Positions 1 to 8,013 of a DNA stretch of 32,000 nucleotides are shown here, piece by piece. The notes beneath the pieces are model-generated. The model searched no databases, was not told the origin of the DNA, and worked only from the letters and a program-made list of their open reading frames with translations. The stretch comes from Candidatus Lokiarchaeum ossiferum (lineage in GTDB: Archaea > Asgardarchaeota > Lokiarchaeia > Sigyniarchaeales > Promethearchaeaceae): assembly GCA_025839675.1 (NCBI GenBank), contig CP104013.1, forward strand, positions 1,770,001-1,802,000, in the 5' to 3' direction. The position numbers and the translations under genes were made by a program. The first letter of the stretch is position 1. The number at the start of each line of letters is the position of its first letter.

Positions 1-1
1 T

Positions 2-2593
2 GAAGGTAGTCCTGTTTCTCCTATCACAATAATCGTGATTGTATTGTTTAATGTAATTGTTGCCATTAGTCAACAATTTCGAGCAGAAAAAACGATTGAA
101 GCCTTAGAAAAACTGACGGCTTATAAAGCCACCATTCTTCGAGATGGATTCACAACAGAGGTAGAAACAAATGATTTAGTTCCTGGAGATATTATGATTT
201 TAAATCAAGGTGCCTATATATCTGCAGATGCACGAGTTATAGAATCAAATGAACTAAGTATTGATGAATCGAATCTAACGGGAGAGTCCGCACCAGTATT
301 AAAGAAAACTGCTTCTTTAGAATCAGAAAATGTACAAATTCAAGAACAAAATAATATGTTATTTAATTCGACTTTTGTTAATTCTGGAAGTGGAAAAGCC
401 ATTGTCACTGCAATTGGAGTCGAAACAGAGATAGGTAAAATTGCAAAAGGTATTGCTCAAAATGACCAGAGAGATATACCGTTAACAAAAATGATGAATA
501 AACTTGCAATGGGTTTAGGAATATTTGTTATTTTTGTTATTTCTCTATTATTTATCGTAAAATCTATAAATGGAATTGAAAATATTCAAGAAGAAATAAG
601 TTGGTTGATTTTTATTGCTATTGCTGCAATTCCAATTAATTTTCCATTGATAACAGCCTTAGTGTTATTATCCGGAGTTATCAAACTTTCTCGAAATCAA
701 GCAATTGTTCGGAATTTAAGTGCAGTAGAAACAATGGGTCGATTGAATATAATTTGTTCAGATAAAACTGGAACTTTAACACAAAATGAAATGACTGTGC
801 AAAAAATATTCTATAACAATATGAATTATGAAGTATCAGGCCAAGGATATGATCCGAAAGGATTTATTACCTTAGAAGGTAAAAAAGTCAATGTATTGCA
901 AGATATATATCTTTGGAAGATGTTAATAAATGGTGTTGTAAATAATAATGCAAATTTAATCGAAGAAGAAGTTGCGATTAAAAATGGAACAATAAAGAAA
1001 TTCAAAGTTTTAGGAACTCCAACTGAAGGGAGTTTACTCACTTTAGCGAAAAAAGGGAACATAAATCCACAAATTGAAAGGGCTAATTATGATGTTCTCA
1101 AAGAATTGAGTTTTTCTTCTGAAAGAAAACGCATGTCTAAGATAGTAAAACGTGAAGGAAACATTCATTGTTTATCGAAGGGAGCCCCCGAACAACTATT
1201 GAGTATTTGTTCAAAAATTGTTTTAAATGGTTCGATTGTAGCTTTAACAGAAGAAATTTCCAGTAGAATAATCTTCCAAATGGAAAAATATGCAGAAAAT
1301 GGTTATCGCAATTTAGGGTTTGCATTTTCTCCACTTGATGAAACACTCGATATGGATGAGGTAACACCAGAACTAGTCGAAAAAGATTTAATCTTTTTAG
1401 GATTAGTTGCATTATCCGATCCTCCACGTAAAGGTGTAAAAAAATCAGTGGATTTATGTAATCAAGCAGGAATGAAAGTCGTAATGATTACAGGCGACCA
1501 CCCAATAACCGCAAAATCGATAGCCAAGGAAGTTGGAATATACCAGGATGGAGATAAAGTCTATTCTGGAGCAGAGATTTCACAATTAGCAGAGAATGAA
1601 ATTTCTAACGCAAGTGTATTTGCACGAGTTGCACCCGAAGACAAGAATGAAATTGTTTTAAAATTACAAAATCAAGGCTTCATCGTTGCGATGACTGGTG
1701 ATGGGGTCAATGACGCTATTGCATTGGAAAATGCAGATGTAGGAATATCTATGGGAATTACGGGAACAGATGTTGCAAAGAGTGCCTCCGATATAATTCT
1801 CACTGATGATTCCTTTAACACAATTGAAAGGGCAATTTATCATGGTAGGGGTTTGTTTAACAACATAAGATCAAATACAGTATTTCTATTGGTCTGCAAT
1901 ATTATGGAAATTTTAATTTTGTCTTCAATTTACCTTATATATCAAGAAAGGCTTTTTTCAGAATGGCAACTCTACTTTCTATATGTTTTACCACATTTCT
2001 TCCCCCCTTGGGGACTCATTTTCGATAAGTATAATGAAGAGATTATGAAAGATCCACCTAAGAAGAAAAGTGAATCTTTAATTAATAAAAAATACTTATC
2101 CATGATGGTAATCCAGATTTTAATTATTGGCGGGGTGGTTTTTGTATTGTGGATCATGATTCAGCAAGATATCTATGGTATCAATCCAACCAATGAAATT
2201 GATGTTCATGTATTTAATATTTTTTCAGGAAATGAGTACGATGGGTGGTTTGCTAGTGAAGGAAACACCATTAAAATTGAAGATTTAACTGATCTTGAGT
2301 TATTGACAAAGAAAGCTCAAACAATGTGTTTTATTGTCGTAGTATTCTCAGAAATTTGGATCGCTTTTGAAGCCCGTTCAGTTAAAAAAAGTATGTTCAA
2401 AGGAGAAAAAAATATTGCATTGATACTTTTAGTCTCTTTCGTAATTGTTGTGCTCCTTTTGGTACTTAATTGGGGATTGGCTCAATCTTATATTGGTTTT
2501 ATTAATTTATCTGCTTTTGATTGGATTTTGGCGATTTTCTTATCACTTCTAGTTGTAATTATTTCTGAAATCTTCAAAATAATTCAAAAGTAA
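2..2593 (+). CDS. P-type (E1-E2) cation-transporting ATPase, P2-like; 5' end cut by window edge
   Basis: The frame is open back to nt 2, so the true start lies upstream of the window. Motifs: LTGES (A domain); ICSDKTGTLT with the phospho-Asp codon at 761-763; SKGAPE; MITGDHPITA; MTGDGVNDAIALENADVGISMG hinge. Hydrophobic helices flank the cytosolic domains. Confidence 0.9.
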   Translation, partial: EGSPVSPITIIVIVLFNVIVAISQQFRAEKTIEALEKLTAYKATILRDGFTTEVETNDLVPGDIMILNQGAYISADARVIESNELSIDESNLTGESAPVLKKTASLESENVQIQEQNNMLFNSTFVNSGSGKAIVTAIGVETEIGKIAKGIAQNDQRDIPLTKMMNKLAMGLGIFVIFVISLLFIVKSINGIENIQEEISWLIFIAIAAIPINFPLITALVLLSGVIKLSRNQAIVRNLSAVETMGRLNIICSDKTGTLTQNEMTVQKIFYNNMNYEVSGQGYDPKGFITLEGKKVNVLQDIYLWKMLINGVVNNNANLIEEEVAIKNGTIKKFKVLGTPTEGSLLTLAKKGNINPQIERANYDVLKELSFSSERKRMSKIVKREGNIHCLSKGAPEQLLSICSKIVLNGSIVALTEEISSRIIFQMEKYAENGYRNLGFAFSPLDETLDMDEVTPELVEKDLIFLGLVALSDPPRKGVKKSVDLCNQAGMKVVMITGDHPITAKSIAKEVGIYQDGDKVYSGAEISQLAENEISNASVFARVAPEDKNEIVLKLQNQGFIVAMTGDGVNDAIALENADVGISMGITGTDVAKSASDIILTDDSFNTIERAIYHGRGLFNNIRSNTVFLLVCNIMEILILSSIYLIYQERLFSEWQLYFLYVLPHFFPPWGLIFDKYNEEIMKDPPKKKSESLINKKYLSMMVIQILIIGGVVFVLWIMIQQDIYGINPTNEIDVHVFNIFSGNEYDGWFASEGNTIKIEDLTDLELLTKKAQTMCFIVVVFSEIWIAFEARSVKKSMFKGEKNIALILLVSFVIVVLLLVLNWGLAQSYIGFINLSAFDWILAIFLSLLVVIISEIFKIIQK

Positions 2594-2649
2594 CCCTTTT
2601 TTCTGACTTTTCAGTAATGTTTTTTTAATTAATTTCTATTATATTCTCA

Positions 2650-4401
2650 ATGACTGAAATCGCAGCTGCAGATGATCTTAAGAGATTACGAGAAACCACA
2701 AATATCATCGAAAAGCTCATAATCATCCAAAGATTTGGATATTTAGACTCTTCTACAGTAATCTATCCAATATTAGAAGCAGTTTCTTTAGGTGAACAGG
2801 AGGTCATTGCACAAGCCACAGAATCACTTTTTAAATTAAAAAAATATCTTCTTCCATCCTTGAAATCAGAAATTACAAATCCCAATGCATTTATTAGATG
2901 GACTTTAACTCTAGTGATAAAAAAAATGAATGAACCTCGTTTTTTACCAATTCTGATTCCTGCATTGGGTTGTGGATATCGGCCAGTGGTAGAAATCATT
3001 TTGGAAACATTGAATCAATTAAATGCTGAAAGATTTCCGACAAAAAATCTCAAATCTGTTTTTCAAAACCTTTTACCAGATGAAAAAGAATCAGTTACAC
3101 ACTATGCAATTAGACAACTAGGAATTCTTGCATTGGACACAACAGAAACACTTTATGCTTTACAAAATTTGCATGATTTACGGTTTCCCAATGCGATTGT
3201 TCCCCTATTCAAAGTATTACATCATTCGGATTATAGAGTGAGAGATCAAGCAAGGAAAATACTAAATTCTTTTTCCAATGAAGAAAAATTGAAAATTTGT
3301 TTACAAACTATTAAGAACAAAGAGTTTTACAATGAAAACTATGATTTCCAACTTATCTCAGGAAGTAATTATCCTTTACATCTCTATGCAATTCAGGGGC
3401 TTGGATCTATTGGAAATGATACGGTAAATACGCGAAAAATATTATGGTCAATTTTGAGAGATGGAAATAAAGCAGAAAAAATCTTTGCACTGAAAGCTTT
3501 AGAACAACTACAAAAGAGTTCTAAAAACAAAATTCAAATCACCACTGAAATAAAAAATGAAATCACATCATTTCTGAACACACTTGAGGGCAAAAATAAG
3601 TTGATTGCAATTAAAACACTTGGAAGACTAGGAGAAGAATGGGCCACAACTACAATATCTTCACATTTAGACGATAAAGATCCTAAAATTCGTTTATCTG
3701 TAATAAATGCTTTAACAAATTCAAAACACCAAAACATAGTAGATAAAGTTGCGTATTTATTAATTGACAAAGACCGTCAGATTCGGCGGGCTACGGTACG
3801 CTTGTTTGAAGATTTAGACCGAGATTATTTTCAAATGCAAACAAGTGAAGGCAATGTTATTGACAAATTGCCAGAACCTATTAGAACGGAACTGTTAAAC
3901 AAACTTCTTGAAAAAATGCAGCATGAATCGGAAGATTACCAATGTTTTGCAACATTTTGGTTAGGTACATTAGGATACAAACCAGCGTATGATATTTTAA
4001 TAGGCAATCTTAAGAGTTCGTCAGAAAAATTGGTGTTAACCACCATTAATGCCTTGGGAATGCTTGGTTTAGCAAAAGCAATCCGTGAACTTATTCCATT
4101 TATATATTATATTAAAAATAACCAGATTCGGAAAAAAGCAATTGAAGTTATTGGTATGCTGGGAGAAGACAAGGAAGGACTTCACGCGTTAATCCATCAA
4201 CTTTTTTTACAAAAAGAAATCAATCCTCCATATTTAGAAGAACATATAATATCCTATGGAGCAGGAGTTATTCCCCTTCTTACTTTAGAAATTGAAAATG
4301 AATCTTCCATCCAGAGAAAAATTTTGCTCGAAAATTATTGTTCCAAAGTTAATGGTATGTATGAAGTTAAAAATAAACAAGATTTCAATATCTTATTATA
4401 A
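2650..4401 (+). CDS. HEAT/PBS-lyase-like repeat protein
   Basis: Repeated helical units carry the D/N-x-x-x-(V/I)R...A...L signature, e.g. HHSDYRVRDQARKILNSF, DDKDPKIRLSVINALTNS, LIDKDRQIRRATVRLFEDL, NNQIRKKAIEVIGMLG. No TM segment or signal peptide. Confidence 0.7.
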   Translation: MTEIAAADDLKRLRETTNIIEKLIIIQRFGYLDSSTVIYPILEAVSLGEQEVIAQATESLFKLKKYLLPSLKSEITNPNAFIRWTLTLVIKKMNEPRFLPILIPALGCGYRPVVEIILETLNQLNAERFPTKNLKSVFQNLLPDEKESVTHYAIRQLGILALDTTETLYALQNLHDLRFPNAIVPLFKVLHHSDYRVRDQARKILNSFSNEEKLKICLQTIKNKEFYNENYDFQLISGSNYPLHLYAIQGLGSIGNDTVNTRKILWSILRDGNKAEKIFALKALEQLQKSSKNKIQITTEIKNEITSFLNTLEGKNKLIAIKTLGRLGEEWATTTISSHLDDKDPKIRLSVINALTNSKHQNIVDKVAYLLIDKDRQIRRATVRLFEDLDRDYFQMQTSEGNVIDKLPEPIRTELLNKLLEKMQHESEDYQCFATFWLGTLGYKPAYDILIGNLKSSSEKLVLTTINALGMLGLAKAIRELIPFIYYIKNNQIRKKAIEVIGMLGEDKEGLHALIHQLFLQKEINPPYLEEHIISYGAGVIPLLTLEIENESSIQRKILLENYCSKVNGMYEVKNKQDFNILL

Positions 4402-4422
4402 AAATTGATCGGTCGAAAAACC

Positions 4423-5535
4423 ATGATGGTAAATTTGGAACGCTATTTTTTTCCTAGTTGGATGTTTATCTTCATTTCAGGAGTTTTGATTGCGTTCGAT
4501 AATATATCATCATTTTTTTTTATGATTTGTGTGCAATTATACTTAATTTCATTTGGATTTATTAACATTCATTATGCTTTTAATTCTCGGAAAAATGTAG
4601 AAAAGTCCCAATTTGAAGAATATTTTATCAATGAAATAATTACAGGAATATTATTTTTCTGCTTAGCAGTGTACTATCCATTTTTATTCACAGGTATTCC
4701 GTCAGAAATTAAATCACAATTTTATTTTCATCTGTGGGATTCACTAACAGTTCACCTTCTTTGTTGGAAAATATATTTATATTTTTCAAAAAAAAATAAT
4801 ATCAAAAAGAATCGTGGATTCCCGTATTCAATTTGGAAAATGATAATAATTGGGATGCACAATGAAGAGGATGATAGCAGACTCGATTTAAAAAGAAAAA
4901 TAATGCATTTTTTGACATCTGCTGGTGTAGTGGGGGCATATTTATTATCAGCTAAAGTAAATTCTTGGTTGTTGGGATTTGGACTAACTGGGGAATATAT
5001 TACAAGGTATATATGGGTTGTTTTCGGAATTCATTTAATCTGGATCATGAATATTCAAGATTTGATTCGTTTAACTCAATTTAATCGTTTAGGAAGATTT
5101 GCTACGCGATGGTTGGAAAATTCCATCCGACCAAAAGAATTGAATACTTTCACTTCTGCAGCGATAATGTTACTATCATGGCTTCCTTTTGTCTTAGCGC
5201 CATTCCAGGTAATGATGGCAGCAGCATTAATTGGAGCCAACTCTGATGCTATGGCCAGTATTTTGGGGAAGAGATTTGGTAAAAAAAAAATCAATTCATC
5301 AAAAAAAACATATGTTGGTTTAATTGCGGGAGGTTTATCGACTATTTTAATAATAAATATAACCCACATTATTCTTCCATTTCAAAATTTAAATATAATT
5401 CAAATCCAAATACTTTCCTTAATTACAGCAATTGCTTTTATGGGAATTGATTATTTTGTCAAAAATATTTCTGATAATTTTTTAAACCCGATCATTTGTG
5501 GTGGTATCATTTGGTTTTTCATGTCAATTTTTTAA
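4423..5535 (+). CDS. Polytopic membrane protein, CTP-dependent polyprenol kinase / cytidylyltransferase superfamily (dolichol- or phytol-kinase-like)
   Basis: The C-terminal motif SDAMASILGKRFGKKKINSSKKTYVGLIAGG (nt ~5242-5340) matches the GDxxAxxxG(K/R)(K/R)(F/Y)G...K(S/T)xxG signature of the dolichol kinase / phytol kinase / CDS family. Many hydrophobic helices. The ORF track starts at TTG 4405; the first ATG is at 4423. Confidence 0.55.
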   Translation: MMVNLERYFFPSWMFIFISGVLIAFDNISSFFFMICVQLYLISFGFINIHYAFNSRKNVEKSQFEEYFINEIITGILFFCLAVYYPFLFTGIPSEIKSQFYFHLWDSLTVHLLCWKIYLYFSKKNNIKKNRGFPYSIWKMIIIGMHNEEDDSRLDLKRKIMHFLTSAGVVGAYLLSAKVNSWLLGFGLTGEYITRYIWVVFGIHLIWIMNIQDLIRLTQFNRLGRFATRWLENSIRPKELNTFTSAAIMLLSWLPFVLAPFQVMMAAALIGANSDAMASILGKRFGKKKINSSKKTYVGLIAGGLSTILIINITHIILPFQNLNIIQIQILSLITAIAFMGIDYFVKNISDNFLNPIICGGIIWFFMSIF

Positions 5536-5647
5536 TTTTATTTTTCATTGGCGGATAAACTTTCTAAAATGCTTAAATAATTCCTACCTATAGAGCTATT
5601 GAATAAATTTTTCAAATTTACATTATTTGGAGGAATCATTTTAGTCT

Positions 5648-5932
5648 ATGTCAGTGGATTTTGAGCAGCAAATATACGGGGAAATAATGGATGCTTATTC
5701 CAAAAATGACCCCGAAACACTTTTCGAATATAAAGAGTTGATCAAATTAATGAGAATGAAAGGCGAATTTGATGGGTGTAAGGAAAATCAATTCAACTCA
5801 ATAATTACAAATTCAATTATTTTACTCATGGTACTATTTTTTCAAAAAAATACCTCAAATTTAGCGTATGAACAAAAATTGAATAACCACGAAAGAAAAA
5901 AAATAATACAGATTTTTGAAAAATTGATATAA
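5648..5932 (+). CDS. Hypothetical small protein (94 aa)
   Basis: Intact ORF with GGAGG at 5629-5633 upstream of the ATG. One hydrophobic stretch (IILLMVLFF). No recognisable motif. Confidence 0.4.
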   Translation: MSVDFEQQIYGEIMDAYSKNDPETLFEYKELIKLMRMKGEFDGCKENQFNSIITNSIILLMVLFFQKNTSNLAYEQKLNNHERKKIIQIFEKLI

Positions 5933-5994
5933 AATGCTCAATAACTGGTTTTAATTTAATTTTTAAATAAGAACTTTATATCATAAATATTGAA

Positions 5995-7164
5995 ATGACT
6001 GAATTAATTTTGTGTGAAAAATGTGGAGAAGAAGCCCACTTCAATGATACATACTGTGCATATTGTGGTGCGAATTTAAAAATCCAAAAAAATGCATGGA
6101 AAGCAATAAATGAGCCAAATAATACAACAAATTTAATATTAGATGGCCAGTTTTTAGAAGTGTATTATGATTTAACTGCTAAATTAAAAAATCTAGAAAA
6201 TATAGATCTTGGTTTTGACCAACATCAACAATATTTCAAACAGTTATCTATTGAATTACAAGCATCTCAGGAAAAATTGAATACATTCCACAATTTTACT
6301 GAAAAAGAATTAAAAGATGTGGAAGATCTTAAAAAAATTACTTGGAAAAGCATCAAAGCAGGAGTTAAAGGTAATAAAGATGACTTGTTAAAGAAAGAAG
6401 AAGCAGAATATTTAAACGCCTTAAATAGAGAAGAATCTTTAAAACAAGATATTCTTGAACTTCAAAAAAGGTATTCAATTGCAAAAACAGAAATGGAACA
6501 CCTTTCTAGGCTGAAAAAGCAAAAGTATGATTATAACATCCAATTAATACGCTTGATCGATCAGGTATGCGAAGGAGTTCCAGATCCTATTGAAGATAAA
6601 ATTGAAGCAGATTTGTTGCAGTTAAAAAATCAATTACAACCCATTTCAGCCGAACGTATAAATCTGAAGAATGCTCTGGGCCATATTAGTAATGCTCAAC
6701 AACATTTTCAATTCACATTGAATAAGCTTGGAAGTGCTAAAGGATTAAGTGATTGGGACACTTTTTTTGGAGGAGGATTTCTCGCCGATTCAATGAAGCA
6801 CTCTCGAATGGCGGAAGCTCGAAATGGAGTCCAACAAGCCCAAAGAAGTTTGAATCGCGCCTATCAACTGGTTCCATCTCTACCCAAAATTCGCGGAGCA
6901 CAAGTAGAAGAAATGAATATGTTCTGGGACACATTTTTTGATAACATTTTTAGTGATCTCAATGCCCGAGAAAAAATTATTAGATCTCGCCATTCTGTAG
7001 AACAAGCATTTTATGAAACTCAGCAAGCATCCCAATGGTTAAACTCCCGAATAGTTGAGAAACAACAGATATTCCAAGGTATAAATTCCAAAATTCAAAG
7101 CAAAAGGCAAGATCTTATCAGAGAAAGAAAACGAATGATAGAAAACGCATTGAAACAACAATAA
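5995..7164 (+). CDS. N-terminal zinc-ribbon protein with long coiled-coil region; function unknown
   Basis: CEKCGEEAHFNDTYCAYCG is a C-x2-C-x10-C-x2-C ribbon at residues ~7-25. About 200 aa of heptad-like K/E/L/Q-rich sequence follows. The C-terminal region carries GGGFLADSM...WDTFFDNIFSDL. Confidence 0.7.
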   Translation: MTELILCEKCGEEAHFNDTYCAYCGANLKIQKNAWKAINEPNNTTNLILDGQFLEVYYDLTAKLKNLENIDLGFDQHQQYFKQLSIELQASQEKLNTFHNFTEKELKDVEDLKKITWKSIKAGVKGNKDDLLKKEEAEYLNALNREESLKQDILELQKRYSIAKTEMEHLSRLKKQKYDYNIQLIRLIDQVCEGVPDPIEDKIEADLLQLKNQLQPISAERINLKNALGHISNAQQHFQFTLNKLGSAKGLSDWDTFFGGGFLADSMKHSRMAEARNGVQQAQRSLNRAYQLVPSLPKIRGAQVEEMNMFWDTFFDNIFSDLNAREKIIRSRHSVEQAFYETQQASQWLNSRIVEKQQIFQGINSKIQSKRQDLIRERKRMIENALKQQ

Positions 7165-7181
7165 TTTTTTTGTCCAATGAA

Positions 7182-7256
7182 GATCCAGAGGGATCGGCCG
7201 GAATCCGACCGATCCGATGTCAGGATCAAACGAGATTTGACTCGCCAGTCAAATTC
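7182..7256 (+). other. GC-rich island with two hairpins (candidate small structured RNA or terminator structure)
   Basis: Hairpin 1: GGATCGG (7191-7197) pairs with CCGATCC (7209-7215). Hairpin 2: ATTTGACT (7235-7242) pairs with AGTCAAAT (7247-7254) around a CGCC loop. The island lies 18 nt after the stop of the upstream CDS and is embedded in very AT-rich DNA. Confidence 0.3.
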
Positions 7257-7625
7257 TCAAACAATTGGTGGCATGTTAATTACAGTCGGCTTTGTATTAA
7301 TATTTGAGTAATTGGAATTATTTTAAGTTTAATTTCTTGCCGTGATTTTTTCTATTTATAGTTGATTTTTGGAAAATTTCTCTAATTTTACAACAACTTT
7401 GAAAATATCATCCATCTTATTAATAACAATCAAAAATTAAACTAGCACAACAGCTAAATTATTCAATAGGATGAATTATATCGCATGCACCCAAATATTT
7501 TTCATTTTGTTGAAGTAATTTTATTTTAAACAGATAAAAAACGAATATTTTACTTTTCTATGATTTATCTAAGAAAGGCAAGATAAAATGTATTAAACAA
7601 ACGAGAAAATATAATTTACTGGTGG

Positions 7626-7659
7626 AAAGGATCAATAACAAGAAAATTATTGATCCTTT
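7626..7659. repeat. Perfect 13-bp inverted repeat (hairpin) with 8-nt spacer
   Basis: AAAGGATCAATAA (7626-7638) / caagaaaa / TTATTGATCCTTT (7647-7659), followed by TT. Confidence 0.6.
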
Positions 7660-8013
7660 TTGTCAGGATTTTGTAAAAACAGAGTTTCTACAAGAACAAA
7701 TGGTGGCAAGATAATGAAGTTTCTCTTCGTATTTATTTCTGGGTTTTTCCAAAAATTCCAAGTTAATTTCTTACCCCGAAAAGAAACATATTAATAATTG
7801 GGGTTTAAAAAAGTATCTCAAATTTATTAGTTCATTAAAAAGCGGACTAACGCTAAAAAATAGTCTTGAATAATACTTATTAGGAAAAAAGACCACCATA
7901 TAATTAATAAAAAATTGCTCAATCAATCACAGCAATTCTTAAAAAGGGCAAAAAATAAATGCATTTGAATAGTATATTTTCGATTAACAAATAAAAATTG
8001 GAGATTTTAAAAT

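Noticed and set aside
826-2157. Minus-strand ORFs 826-1062, 1137-1427 and 1972-2157 inside the P-type ATPase gene
   Set aside because: They are shadow ORFs antisense to a strongly supported CDS, with low-complexity or odd composition and no motifs.
5281-5290. A10 homopolymer inside the polyprenol-kinase-like CDS as evidence of a frameshift or pseudogene
   Set aside because: The reading frame is intact through the run (GKKKI) and the conserved motif continues in frame on both sides. I noted it only as a potential slippage site.
7171-7262. Possible C/D-box or H/ACA small RNA in the GC-rich island
   Set aside because: The best C-box-like word is TGAAGA (one mismatch to TGATGA) and there is no CTGA D box at an appropriate distance. 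The hairpins are too short and lack a pseudouridylation pocket or K-turn, although an ACA follows hairpin 2. I therefore left it unclassified rather than calling an sRNA family.
7325-7776. Direct repeat-like words AAGTTTAATTTCTTGCC (~7325) and AAGTTAATTTCTTACC (~7760)
   Set aside because: The match is imperfect, short and in AT-rich sequence, so it is compatible with chance. No further copies were seen.
7714-7794. 26-codon ORF MKFLFVFISGFFQKFQVNFLPRKETY with GGTGG 7 nt upstream
   Set aside because: It is too short to support from sequence alone. Hydrophobic Phe/Leu-rich peptides arise easily from T-rich DNA. Keep it only as a candidate if ribosome profiling is available.
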